Assembly (NCBI GenBank): GCA_039815185.1
Contig: JBCBZT010000006.1
Coordinates: 1 to 64,000 of the forward strand
From: Cyanobacteria bacterium P01_A01_bin.123
GTDB lineage: Bacteria > Cyanobacteriota > Cyanobacteriia > Phormidesmidales > Phormidesmidaceae
Length of the DNA stretch: 64,000 bases
Direction of reading: 5' to 3'
The position numbers were made by a program, and so were the translations under genes. A model generated the notes under the pieces. It had not been told where the DNA came from, made no database searches, and saw nothing but the letters and a program-made list of their open reading frames with translations. Positions 19,403 through 29,342 of the stretch are shown piece after piece. The number at the start of each line of letters is the position of its first letter. Within the stretch, counting starts at the first letter, position 1.

Positions 19403-20620
19403 CTATTTCTCGATTTCAACATTCACCTGTAGGTTAGTTAAACCTGCAGCAATTCTGGTTGATCGCTCATCTAGTCGAATACGAACTTCAATGATCCGCG
19501 CATCAGTAGCCGCTGTTGGCGTCGTATCAAGAACATCCCTAGTCGCGACCTTCAATCCAACGTCCTCGACACTTCCGGTCAAAGTTTCTGCAAAGACCCC
19601 TGTCGGACTGCTAGCAACTGCTCGCTGTCCCTGGCGCACTTGATTAATGTCGCTTTCAAATACCTCAGCAACGATAACCATCTGAGCCGTATCACCCAGT
19701 TCAACGATGCCCTCATCGCTGATCGTTTCTCCAGCCCGAGTCTGAACTTCCAAAACCTGAGCATCTATAGGCGCACGAATAAATGCAGTCTCAAGCTCAG
19801 CTTGCAAACGATTAACGTTAGCCTTTGCTTGCTCAACCTCTGCCCTGACAACAGCAACATCGTTGGGCTGAACCGCGATCGTCTGATCCAAAATGGCCTG
19901 CGCCTCTCTGATCTGTGCCTCTAATGTTTGAACTGACTGATTAGTGCGGGCAGTTTGCTCATTTAACTCTTCCTGAGCGGTTTCGAGTGCCAGCAATTGA
20001 GTATCCAATTGATCCTCTGAAATCGCTCCCTCGACAAACAGTAAGCGACTCCGTTGCACATCTACTCTGACGTTCTGTACCTCTGCTTCCAAACGGGCAA
20101 TCACCGCCTGCTGAGATTGCACTTCTCCCGCTAGCTGTGCCTCTAGCCGAGTCACCACAGCGCGGCGAGCTACAATCTCTTCTGCCCCTGAGCTTGACTG
20201 AACCTGAGCGCGTGCCTCTGCCAGCTTCACCTGTTGATCGGCTTCAGCAAGTGCTGCCTGCAAACGATCACGACTGTCCAATACCGCAATAACCTGACCA
20301 GCCTGAACCTGATCTCCCTCACTAACCCGTAATTCAGCCACCCGGTCAGCAACTGCTTGATTGCTAGACGCTGAAACTTGAATAATTCCATCAGCCGGTT
20401 CTAATCTGCCTAAAGCATTTACGGTTGTCGGAACTGGGATAGGAATCAACGAATCAGCTGGTAGCTCCTCAGGCTGATTGCGTGAGATGTAAACAATGCC
20501 TCCAACGAGCAACACACAGGCAAAACCAAAACTGATGAACCAGCGACAATGGCCAAGGAAAAACCAGCTTCGACTGATATCAGATGAGCGTTCCACTATT
20601 CCTACCCTAAATTGATTCAA
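19403..20620 (-). CDS. devB: DevB/HlyD-family membrane fusion protein
   Basis: VNALGRLEP, coiled coil, AEVFESDI, LTNLQVNV; start codon uncertain. Confidence 0.88.
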   Translation of the reverse strand: MNQFRVGIVERSSDISRSWFFLGHCRWFISFGFACVLLVGGIVYISRNQPEELPADSLIPIPVPTTVNALGRLEPADGIIQVSASSNQAVADRVAELRVSEGDQVQAGQVIAVLDSRDRLQAALAEADQQVKLAEARAQVQSSSGAEEIVARRAVVTRLEAQLAGEVQSQQAVIARLEAEVQNVRVDVQRSRLLFVEGAISEDQLDTQLLALETAQEELNEQTARTNQSVQTLEAQIREAQAILDQTIAVQPNDVAVVRAEVEQAKANVNRLQAELETAFIRAPIDAQVLEVQTRAGETISDEGIVELGDTAQMVIVAEVFESDINQVRQGQRAVASSPTGVFAETLTGSVEDVGLKVATRDVLDTTPTAATDARIIEVRIRLDERSTRIAAGLTNLQVNVEIEK

Positions 20621-20767
20621 AGCATCATTGATTTGGACACCACCAAGTAATCCACCGGACTTGCTATATGTTGAAATCCAGGCAATCAGTACTTGGCAAC
20701 TATCAACTTAAGGAAAAGATAACAGCGTTTTATAAAAATTTAGTAGTTCTGAATTGCATGAAAAACC

Positions 20768-20781
20768 ATGACCGCAGTCAT
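20768..20781. promoter_or_regulatory. ATGAC-N4-GTCAT palindrome (copy 2), upstream of devB
   Basis: gcatgaaaaaccATGACcgcaGTCAT. Confidence 0.6.
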
Positions 20782-21361
20782 ATTCCTGAAAAGGAAGCTA
20801 AGCCATCCCAGGCACTTGACTAACTAATAATGACTTACTATTTAAGCTTAAAAGCTTTGTAGGCAATACTCTAACATGAAGAGTAAAGCTACTTGAAAGC
20901 TTGCATTGTATAAGATATAGATACTATCCAAAGAATTAATTGTTTGGAGAAAAACCTTGCTCGTACCACAATTCCAATCTTGAGAATCTATCAGCTTCTT
21001 ATCTGCTGACTTTACTCTTTGAAAAAATTTCAGGACTCAAATCTCTGGATATGTAGAAGAACTCAAATCTTTGAATATTGATGATCCTGTAGAAGAAATT
21101 ACGATGACTTGTCAGTTCTGCAATCTAGCCAGTAAAGAACAGCTAGCCACCATCTGTGAATCGACCCTGGCCATCTCCACTCCCATGGGTGGATACGATG
21201 CGATTCTTACCGAATCCAGGGCACTGCCCTTTGACTTACTTAAAGCCCAAATCAAACTTTTAGATAGACACTGCCCAGGAATTGAAACCTGCTCATGGAT
21301 CTACTAACGGCTCAGCCGGAATTATTTGATGCTGCAGTTCTGGAGCTACCTGTAACTTTCT

Positions 21362-21793
21362 TCATTTGGGAGGATGCAGGCCCACCGAGACCAAAAGCCG
21401 CCTGAGGTTGATGACGCCTGGTCGATTTAACCCAAGTGCATCGATCGTGACACGACCACAAGCGGTTTGCCCCATCATTTGAGTACAGTCTTCACTCCAG
21501 GTAAAATGTTCGTGCCAGTCTTACTGACGTAAGTTAAGGAGAGGGACTTCTTGTTGAGTCAGTGGGTCAACAGCAGTGACTTTTGTATACTTGCGACCGT
21601 TGCACCCGAAGCAAGACCAGGCCAAATTCTCCAGCGCCATTGCGCCACCCAACTGACAAGGTTGGATATGGTCAATCGCAAAGCTACCGCAAGAAAACGC
21701 CTCCGGACAACGGCAATACTCGCAAAGTTGCTGGGCTCTCTGTACGATCTCCCGTCTAAGGTGTTGAGGTACTCGTTCGTACTCAGGCGGCGT
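21362..21793 (-). pseudogene. HNH endonuclease pseudogene
   Basis: Manual translation: CEYCRCP..IDHIQP..GG..ENLAWSCFGCNGRK..DP..NLRQ*DWHEHFTW..LNRPGVINLRR..LHPPK*; internal TAA at 21521-21523; ACG at the apparent start. Confidence 0.85.
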
Positions 21794-22121
21794 TGAATGG
21801 ATTGGTCGGTCTGAACATCTGTTGATTCAGGCTTACCAGGTCTAGGTTTCGTAGCTTGGCCAACTCCATCAATGCTTACAGCCGCTTTATGGGGAGATGA
21901 CGACGTTGAGGCAGCAGAATGCAGAACTGAAACGGCAGTTAACCGACTCAATGACAGCACAGGCAGTCTCTCAAGAACTGCTGAAAAGCTTGAGCGAGTG
22001 GTTGATAACAGTACTGAGTCAACAAACCCGGATGAATCGGACGTTGAGCGGAGTGCTGAAGTGATTGGAGCGCGAATCTGGCAGCGACAGGTTGAGCAAT
22101 TTGCCGCCGCGCTTGGATCAA

Positions 22122-23181
22122 TAAACTTTATTGGAAATAGGAGGAAAATCTCATCCAGTCACTATCTCTCCCTGATGCTTTGGGATCTAAGCGGATTGGA
22201 GCAGAGGTGCCCCTCTCTTAGGCCGATGAGTCAGACGGAAATTGTGTAGTCCACAGGCCGTTTCCATGACGTCATCAAGATAGTGAGCCGCCCAATTACG
22301 AAACGGCTGAACTAGAATTTGGCACCGCTTGATGCCACCAATATGATGCTCAACTTCAACCCGAATGCTGGAAATGATGCGGTTGTTCATTTTCTCGATA
22401 GCACTCAGAGAGCGGTTACGCGGTTTCTTCTGCGGTTGTTGAATCCTCACCCCGTCCGGTTCAAAGCCTTGAAAGCCACTGTCCTGCCACAGCGTACTGC
22501 TGCTTGGCAACCTCCAGATTTCCTCATCAGCAATCTGCTTGTCATGTTTCTTACCTGCATAGGTGTCACTCAAATACAGCACCTTGCCACGCCGTTGATG
22601 GATGACCAGATTCTTGACGGTATGCGTTTTCTGCTTGCCGCTGTAGTAGGTCTTGCGATCCGTTTTATCCTGAGGACGGTTGATGGGACGTTCGGTACCG
22701 TCAATGATGAACTCTAAGCTTGGGCAAGCCCGCAAAACTGCCTCAAGTTTTGCGGGTTCTCGTTCGGGCAATTGCTGTTCATCGCCTAAGGCGCTGTTGA
22801 GCACCCCGCTCAGTCGATGAATCCATTGATTCGCTTGGGCTTGGCTCATGCCAAAGAGAAAACCCTGAACCACCTGTGTCGGATAGAGACGGAAATACAC
22901 CAGGATGAACAGCAACTTATCTTCAAGGACACTCAAGTGAGCTTTACGACCCCCTCCAATCGCCCGTTTGCGACCCTCACTCGGGAAGGTTTCTTGAATG
23001 AAGCTGTCCCAAGCGGCGGCAAAGCTGGGCAACAACGCTTCAAACTCTTTGACCCTCAGGCCAGTCAAACTGCATAAGGTTTGAGGTTTCGTCCGTAACT
23101 CGGCATAGGTCATTTTCATCGGATGCCCTGCACTTCAGTGCCTGTTGTTGATTCTACAGGCTTAATTTCCGATAAGGTCTA
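22122..23181 (-). mobile_element. IS5-family (ISL2-like) insertion sequence
   Basis: Imperfect inverted ends TAAACTTTATTGGAAAT / ATTTCCGATAAGGTCTA around a transposase; exact ends and TSD ambiguous. Confidence 0.8.
22187..23119 (-). CDS. DDE transposase (HTH + DDE_Tnp_4-like)
   Basis: IIDGTERPINRP, YYSGK, WQDSGFQG, RVEVEHHIGGIKR. Confidence 0.92.
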   Translation of the reverse strand: MKMTYAELRTKPQTLCSLTGLRVKEFEALLPSFAAAWDSFIQETFPSEGRKRAIGGGRKAHLSVLEDKLLFILVYFRLYPTQVVQGFLFGMSQAQANQWIHRLSGVLNSALGDEQQLPEREPAKLEAVLRACPSLEFIIDGTERPINRPQDKTDRKTYYSGKQKTHTVKNLVIHQRRGKVLYLSDTYAGKKHDKQIADEEIWRLPSSSTLWQDSGFQGFEPDGVRIQQPQKKPRNRSLSAIEKMNNRIISSIRVEVEHHIGGIKRCQILVQPFRNWAAHYLDDVMETACGLHNFRLTHRPKRGAPLLQSA

Positions 23182-23205
23182 TTGTCTTGCTGCCATAGTC
23201 GCACT

Positions 23206-23290
23206 GCACAACATGTCGCAGGAGCGGACAGAAGGTTGGGTATCGTCTTTGAGACAGATTTGCTGATGCCGCTCAGCTTCACCATTAGCT
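23206..23290 (+). repeat. Degenerate attC-like site
   Basis: GCACAAC-ATGTCGCAGGAGCGGAC...TGCCGCTCAGCTTCACC-ATTAGCT; GAGCGG/CCGCTC arms; right core mutated from GTT. Confidence 0.5.
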
Positions 23291-23352
23291 TGCTTCAGCA
23301 AGCGACGCATATGGGGTTAGAATTTGCTTGATTAGATACAGCCAAATTGTAA

Positions 23353-24579
23353 TCAGTCAATTGTTCTGTGCAACCTGGTGAGTCGTTTTAGCATAAGTAC
23401 TCCAACCAGCGTACTGAGAGACACAGTAGCCCAAAGCCCATGAGCAATTTTTTCATTTTGAGCGAGTGACCACCCCCCTACTAGCGGGCCAAGTAAGTAA
23501 CCAATTGTCCAGCATTGGGCATTTAGAGATAGATAAATGCCAAGAGAGGGCTTAGGAGCCAATTCTGTTACCAGCGCAACTGCAAAAGGGTTGTAGGTCA
23601 CATTTGCGATCACCAGCACAATCAGGATGAGTTGCCATCCAGTTGCCAGTCCTACTAGCCAAATCAATAGAAAGCCGATGCCCCACAACGTCATCGATAG
23701 CATCAAGACAGACACCCGCTGATAGTGTTTTAAGGTACGAACGGCAGGCATCTGCAACAATGCCACTATCAGCACATAGACAGAAAAAAGAACGCCGATA
23801 TTTTCTGGCGTTAGGCTTAGCCACGCGGATGGTTGAACAAAGTTTATGAGGTAAAGAGGTAGCGTACTTTCCATCAGATTGATGTAAGTTGTAAACAAGA
23901 TATTGGCAACAGCAAACCCTAAAAATATCGGGTTCAGTAATGCTGTGCCCCAGGCTTTGATACTTCTGTGAGCAGAACTATGGGAGGGTGGAGTATAGGT
24001 GTCTTTGATCATGATGGTCAGCACGCCTAAAAACATGAAAAATGTGACGCCATCCACAATAAATAGCAATCGGTAAGCGTTAGCAGTTGCAATCAGCAAC
24101 CCACCCAAAACGATTCCCAAACCTGACCCCAAAGCGTCTGCTAACCCTGAAACGGCATAGGCTTCTTCGCGCTGACGACCGTGTGAATCATCCGCAATGG
24201 CAGCACCGGATGCTGGCCAGTAGAGGCTATCCCCTAACCCCATCAATACATTAGCCAAAACGAGTAACGGAAAACTCTGGGCGAACCAAAATACGCCATC
24301 CGCCAGGATAGAGATGATGCAGGAGAGCATAAGGGTACGACGACGCCCCCATCTAGGAGAATCCGTCATTGCCCCTGCCAGAAAAAAACCGACTGCACTG
24401 GCAACTGCTGCACTGCTTAAGCCTATGCCAACCTTGGCCACCTGTAGCCCCACCTGATTCACGAAATAAATGGGGACGTAAAACAGCACGATTCCAGAGC
24501 CAATTCGCGAGAGAAACCGCCCCGCTACGAGTATCCAAACCTGTGAACTCAGTTGAGGCCACCAAGAGGTAAGATGCAT
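23353..24579 (-). CDS. MFS transporter
   Basis: About 12 hydrophobic segments, motif A-like GAMTDSPRWGRR; start placed at MHLTSWW. Confidence 0.88.
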   Translation of the reverse strand: MHLTSWWPQLSSQVWILVAGRFLSRIGSGIVLFYVPIYFVNQVGLQVAKVGIGLSSAAVASAVGFFLAGAMTDSPRWGRRRTLMLSCIISILADGVFWFAQSFPLLVLANVLMGLGDSLYWPASGAAIADDSHGRQREEAYAVSGLADALGSGLGIVLGGLLIATANAYRLLFIVDGVTFFMFLGVLTIMIKDTYTPPSHSSAHRSIKAWGTALLNPIFLGFAVANILFTTYINLMESTLPLYLINFVQPSAWLSLTPENIGVLFSVYVLIVALLQMPAVRTLKHYQRVSVLMLSMTLWGIGFLLIWLVGLATGWQLILIVLVIANVTYNPFAVALVTELAPKPSLGIYLSLNAQCWTIGYLLGPLVGGWSLAQNEKIAHGLWATVSLSTLVGVLMLKRLTRLHRTID

Positions 24580-24599
24580 CTTTCCCAACCTCCCTCGGC

Positions 24600-24764
24600 C
24601 TAGGCCCAAATGTCTGCCAGTACAGGCATGATAGTTGCTTTTTGCATAAGGCTCGGTGGTTTACCGCTTGATGCCAGCCATGCTGTGTCGCCGCTTTGAG
24701 GGAGTCCTCGGCTGAGTGCATCCCCTAAACCTCGACTGGCTCCCACAATCAATATATTTTTCAT
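24600..24764 (-). pseudogene. N-terminal remnant of an SDR oxidoreductase
   Basis: MKNILIVGASRGLGDALSRGL Rossmann motif, stops after 54 aa; below ORF-track cutoff. Confidence 0.7.
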
Positions 24765-24810
24765 CGGTAATCTCCCTACGAACTAGTGATTAACGACCGA
24801 ATCAACTTAA

Positions 24811-24873
24811 TAAAGAAAAGTCTTTAAAAAGTAATTTAACCTCTCGACTCGACTTTGTAAAGGATCTTCTTTA
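24811..24873. promoter_or_regulatory. Two TAAAG-N6-CTTTA palindromes (24811-24826, 24858-24873)
   Basis: Both lie in the divergent intergenic region before the HTH regulator. Confidence 0.6.
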
Positions 24874-24883
24874 GAATGTAACC

Positions 24884-25600
24884 ATGACACCTAAATCACC
24901 CAAAAATCCCAATTCGTCTGGGAAAAAGCGCAGCAGAAAAAATGAGCCTCGCACTAGACGGGCGATTATCCATTTGCTGAAGCAATCAGGTGCAATGGAT
25001 GCCCACGCTATTGCGGAGCAGCTTGGTATTTCGGCAATGGCTGTGAGGCAACATCTCTATGCTTTGCAAGATGAAGCATTGGTAGCCTATCAAGAAGAAG
25101 CTCGGCCTATGGGGCGACCTGCCAAGCTGTGGCATTTGACTACCGCTGCCGATCGTTTTTTCCCAGAAGGCTATGCTGAGCTAACCCTCAGCTTGATTCA
25201 ATCTGTCAATGAAGCGTTTGGCGAAGAAGGGTTGGACCATCTGCTTGATATTCGCACCCGACAGCAGCTTGATGCCTATCACGGCCAGATGAAAGATCAA
25301 AATTCTTTACAAGAACGGTTAGAAACACTGGCTGATATCCGCACCGATGAGGGATACATGGCCGATGTGTTGCCTCAAGCAGATGGTTCGATATTGCTGG
25401 TTGAAAATCACTGCCCTATTTGTGCTGCTGCAGAAGCGTGCACTGGGTTGTGTGCTAGAGAACTGGAAGTCTTTCAGGCTGCCCTAGGAGAGCATGTCGA
25501 AATTGAGCGAACAGAGCATATTCTTAAAGGTTCTAGACGTTGCGCCTATCGAATAATGCCTATTGAACTGCCTTCAGATCCGCACCATTCTCTTGAGTGA
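24884..25600 (+). CDS. SufR-like HTH transcriptional regulator
   Basis: AVRQHLYAL, GRPAKLW, ENHCPIC, LCARE, RRCAYRI. Confidence 0.85.
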   Translation: MTPKSPKNPNSSGKKRSRKNEPRTRRAIIHLLKQSGAMDAHAIAEQLGISAMAVRQHLYALQDEALVAYQEEARPMGRPAKLWHLTTAADRFFPEGYAELTLSLIQSVNEAFGEEGLDHLLDIRTRQQLDAYHGQMKDQNSLQERLETLADIRTDEGYMADVLPQADGSILLVENHCPICAAAEACTGLCARELEVFQAALGEHVEIERTEHILKGSRRCAYRIMPIELPSDPHHSLE

Positions 25601-25740
25601 GTTTGAGAGATAATCGTTTCAATAAAGTATCGTCGTATAGTTTCGCCAACTAACAAGTCGATGAAGCGGACAGCCGAAAACCAGTGGTGGTAGTCAATCT
25701 TATCTACTTTTGATTCTATTAGTACAAAATATTTGTAGCA

Positions 25741-26289
25741 TTGGAAAACTCAATCCTTATGATCACTATTAGGCAAGCACATCTAGACGACTCAGAGGTC
25801 TTAGCCCATCTGTCCGAGCGCACCTTCCGAGAGACTTTCACAACGGAAAACAATCTCACCGATATGGAGTTCCATTGTGCAAAGAACTTCGGTGCGGAGA
25901 TTCAACGTCAAGAGATTCTAGATCCCAACTGTGCCACGATCTTGGCGGAGGTGGAAAGCCAGTTAGTAGCCTTTGCACAAGTTCGGCTACACTCACCCAA
26001 AGAATGTGTTTCTGCCGATCACCCCTCAGAACTCCATCGGTTGTATGTGGGAAAAGAGTGGCATGGCCGGGGCGTTGCGCATAAAATCATGTCTAAGATC
26101 CTATCTACAGCAGCGTATGCTGGAGCAGACTATATGTGGCTTGGTGTTTGGGAACACAATCCCAGGGCAATAGCCTTCTACTGCAAGTACGGATTCAGAG
26201 TTGTGGGTGAGCACATATTTCAATTCGGTAGCGATCCGCAACGGGATCTGGTGATGGCGGCAGAGGTCAACGAATCGTTTATTGCCTAA
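25741..26289 (+). CDS. GNAT N-acetyltransferase (PaiA-like)
   Basis: ELHRLYV..HGRGVA, WLGVWEHNPRAIAFY; ATG at 25759 likely start. Confidence 0.9.
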   Translation: MENSILMITIRQAHLDDSEVLAHLSERTFRETFTTENNLTDMEFHCAKNFGAEIQRQEILDPNCATILAEVESQLVAFAQVRLHSPKECVSADHPSELHRLYVGKEWHGRGVAHKIMSKILSTAAYAGADYMWLGVWEHNPRAIAFYCKYGFRVVGEHIFQFGSDPQRDLVMAAEVNESFIA

Positions 26290-26390
26290 CATTTGCGTGC
26301 ACTCGGCCTGCTTTATTCAGGATCTGTTTTGGTTATGCATCTTCTACCCTCAGTGAGCTAACACTATGCTTCACTGAATAGGTACTTGGT

Positions 26391-27473
26391 TTGTGGATAA
26401 GAGAGATGCTACCAAGCATAGAAAGCCTATCAGAAACAATGCGTGGTGTTTGGCTAACAGGACATGGTGGTTTTGAGAATCTTAAGATTCGTGATGATAT
26501 TCCAAAACCTCAGCTTGGCCCTGACGATGTCCTGATTCAAGTTAGTGCAGCAGCAGTCAACAATACAGATATTAATACTCGTACAGGTTGGTATTCCAAA
26601 CAAGAAGAAGCTAGTGAAGACGCAAGTTGGGGCGGGACGCCGATTCAATTTCCCCTCATCCAAGGAGCAGATGTTTGTGGGCACATTGTTGCCGTCGGAG
26701 AAAAAGTGGGTACAGAGCGCATCGGTGAACGGATTTTAGTCGAACCTTGTCTTTGGGAGGTAAATGGAAAAAAACTAGAGCAACCTTGGTATTTTGGCTC
26801 TGAATGTGATGGTGGCTTCGCTGAATATACAGCCATTGCCTCACGCCATGCCCATAAAATTGATAGCCAATATAGCGATATCGATCTTGCATCTTTTCCC
26901 TGTTCATACTCGACAGCTGAAAATCTCTTGACCAGGGCCAGTGTGGGCCAAGGTGATTGCATTCTAGTCACAGGTGCCTCAGGGGGTGTTGGTTCTGCTG
27001 TTGTTCAATTAGCCAATGTCAGGGGAGCTGAAGTTATTGCCTTAACCAGTGCGTCAAAAGCACAAGCAATTCTGGATTTAGGTGCAACTAAAACTATTCT
27101 AAGAGGAGAAGGAATTCTCAAGAAACTTGGCAAAAATTCAGTTGATGTTGTAGTGGATTTGGTCGCAGGAAAACAGTGGTCAGAATTCTTAGAGGTCCTT
27201 CGTCCCAAAGGGCGCTATGCCGTTTCAGGAGCAATTGGTGGCCCTTTAGTTGAACTGGATGTTCGTACACTGTATCTGAAAGACTTGAGTTTCTTCGGAT
27301 GTACTGTTCTTGAACCAGAAGTATTTCCAAATCTAATTAAGTGTATTGAAGATGAAAGCATTCGCCCCCTCGTTGACCAGGTATTCTCTCTAGAACAGAT
27401 TGTTGAGGCCCAAAAAGCATTTCTATCTAAGAAGCACATTGGAAAAATTGTGCTTCTGGTCTCTGAAGCTTAA
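26391..27473 (+). CDS. MDR-family alcohol dehydrogenase / quinone oxidoreductase
   Basis: QGADVCG, VTGASGGVGSA, KHIGKIVL. Confidence 0.88.
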   Translation: MWIREMLPSIESLSETMRGVWLTGHGGFENLKIRDDIPKPQLGPDDVLIQVSAAAVNNTDINTRTGWYSKQEEASEDASWGGTPIQFPLIQGADVCGHIVAVGEKVGTERIGERILVEPCLWEVNGKKLEQPWYFGSECDGGFAEYTAIASRHAHKIDSQYSDIDLASFPCSYSTAENLLTRASVGQGDCILVTGASGGVGSAVVQLANVRGAEVIALTSASKAQAILDLGATKTILRGEGILKKLGKNSVDVVVDLVAGKQWSEFLEVLRPKGRYAVSGAIGGPLVELDVRTLYLKDLSFFGCTVLEPEVFPNLIKCIEDESIRPLVDQVFSLEQIVEAQKAFLSKKHIGKIVLLVSEA

Positions 27474-27584
27474 ACATTGAGTCTCAGTCTATTGAGCAAG
27501 GCACATGATTGAATTGACCTTAAGCGTGAAACCTTCGAACCGCGATCGCGCAGTCATTGAGCCAGCAGGACTCACTTACTCGTT

Positions 27585-28178
27585 ATGTGGAACCCAAGAT
27601 TAGAATTCTCTGATAACAACCATCTTTGCAAAGTGGCTATCGATAGAGATGACCAACCCATGACTTTTGCAGATGTGATAGCAGGCTGGAAACGGGATCC
27701 TGGTTTTCAGAAATTTTATGTCTCATTGATTGCCGGCATGCCTTTTGAAGCAGTGTTTTGGGAATCCCCTGCAATCACTCAATCTTCTGTCAATCAGCGT
27801 TATGAATGTGTGGTTGTCGATAGTGTGAGACTCGCCAATGTCGAACCTAATCCATCAGCTTTTGAGCGTTATTTCAACTTAGCTGCAGATGATGAGACGG
27901 TTGTTACCTTTGAAAATCTGGGTAAAGATGCCTGGCTTGTCGTGCCATGTCCCACAACCTCAGCGAGTGCTTATACGCACCTAGCAAAATTCTTACGAAC
28001 AGCTCCAGATACACAGTGCAATGAATTCTTACAGGTATTAGGCGAAGCAATCGAGAAGAGATTAGATGATCGACCACTATGGGTTAATACGTCTGGTCTT
28101 GGCATCTACTGGCTGCATGCCAGACTTGATTCACGACCTAAATACTACACGTTTTCGCCTTACAAAGCGTTTGCTTAA
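27585..28178 (+). CDS. Conserved hypothetical protein (DUF6940-like)
   Basis: FWESP, FENLGKDA.LVVP, TSGLGIYWLHARLDSRPKYY. Confidence 0.65.
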   Translation: MWNPRLEFSDNNHLCKVAIDRDDQPMTFADVIAGWKRDPGFQKFYVSLIAGMPFEAVFWESPAITQSSVNQRYECVVVDSVRLANVEPNPSAFERYFNLAADDETVVTFENLGKDAWLVVPCPTTSASAYTHLAKFLRTAPDTQCNEFLQVLGEAIEKRLDDRPLWVNTSGLGIYWLHARLDSRPKYYTFSPYKAFA

Positions 28179-28217
28179 GCCCAGCCCATCTGGGGTAGGG
28201 ATTTCCAGTCCCCAGCA

Positions 28218-29339
28218 TTGGCGACAAGAACACCTATCCTAGATAAGGCAACTAACCCGTGGTGTGTTCTTTCAATGGCCGATTCAGCCTTATTTCTTCG
28301 CAATATTTGGTATTACGCCCTACCCGGGAAAAAACTCAAGCCGGGTAAAACCCTGGTGAAAACCCTCTTGGGTGAGCCTATTCTGTTTGGCCGCACCCTA
28401 GATGGCACAGCCTTTGCCATTCGCGATATTTGTCCCCATCGGGCTGTCCCCCTCAGTTGCGGGCAATTTAACGGGCATGAAGTCGCCTGTGGTTACCACG
28501 GTTGGCGCTTTGATGCCACTGGTGCCTGCACTGCTATTCCTTCGTTAGCTGAGGGCCAAAGCCTCAACTTAGATTTATTTCGGGTCAAGGCTTATCCCTT
28601 AGCAGAAGCTCAAGGCAACATCTGGATTTACATGGCCTCAGAAAAGGGGCCAGACAAAGGCGCAAAAATACCCGGCGTGCCAGATTTAAAAGCTCCCATC
28701 GTGCCTGGCTTTGAAGGCAGCACTTACCAAGCAATCGAAGTCATGAACTTCCCTTGCTACATCGACCATGCGGTTGTCGGGTTAATGGATCCGGCCCATG
28801 TGCCCTACGTACATCGTGCCTGGTGGTGGCGGGCAGATCCTGACTTATCTGAGGAAGTCAAAGCCTTTGACCCCTCTCCCTACGGCTTTACCATGCGAGA
28901 TCACGAGCTGATTCGCGAAACCTTCTTTTACAGCCTATTGGGAAAATCGCCCCACGTAGAAATTGCCTTTCAGCTCCCTGGAGTACGCATCGAGCGAGTT
29001 AAAACGGCCACCAATATCCTATCAAATCTGACTACAATTACCCCCCTCAACGAAAATGAAACCGAGGTCACGACGCTGTTTTACAGCACCCTACCCTGGA
29101 TCCCGCTGCTCAAGCCTGTTTTGTCTCCCTTTGTGCGAACCTTTCTGAATCAAGATCGAGACATGGTGGTCAAGCAGCAGGTCGGCTTGAAGTATGATCC
29201 CTCTCTAATGCTGATTAAAGATGCCGATACCCAGGCCCGTTGGTATTTTCAGCTCAAAGCCGAATTTGCCCGTGCGGAGGAAGAGGGGCGGGACTTTGTG
29301 AATCCGGTGAAGTCTCAAGTCTTACGGTGGCAAAGTTGA
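28218..29339 (+). CDS. Rieske non-heme iron oxygenase alpha subunit
   Basis: CPHR..CGYHGW Rieske motif and DPAHVPYVH iron site; MADS at 28275 probable start. Confidence 0.9.
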   Translation: MATRTPILDKATNPWCVLSMADSALFLRNIWYYALPGKKLKPGKTLVKTLLGEPILFGRTLDGTAFAIRDICPHRAVPLSCGQFNGHEVACGYHGWRFDATGACTAIPSLAEGQSLNLDLFRVKAYPLAEAQGNIWIYMASEKGPDKGAKIPGVPDLKAPIVPGFEGSTYQAIEVMNFPCYIDHAVVGLMDPAHVPYVHRAWWWRADPDLSEEVKAFDPSPYGFTMRDHELIRETFFYSLLGKSPHVEIAFQLPGVRIERVKTATNILSNLTTITPLNENETEVTTLFYSTLPWIPLLKPVLSPFVRTFLNQDRDMVVKQQVGLKYDPSLMLIKDADTQARWYFQLKAEFARAEEEGRDFVNPVKSQVLRWQS

Positions 29340-29342
29340 TGC

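Noticed and set aside
21071..21307. HIT-family fragment (MTCQFCNL)
   Set aside because: Only a CxxC-like start; no histidine triad.
21872..22249. ORF possibly interrupted by the IS
   Set aside because: No family recognised and the IS junction cannot be reconstructed unambiguously.
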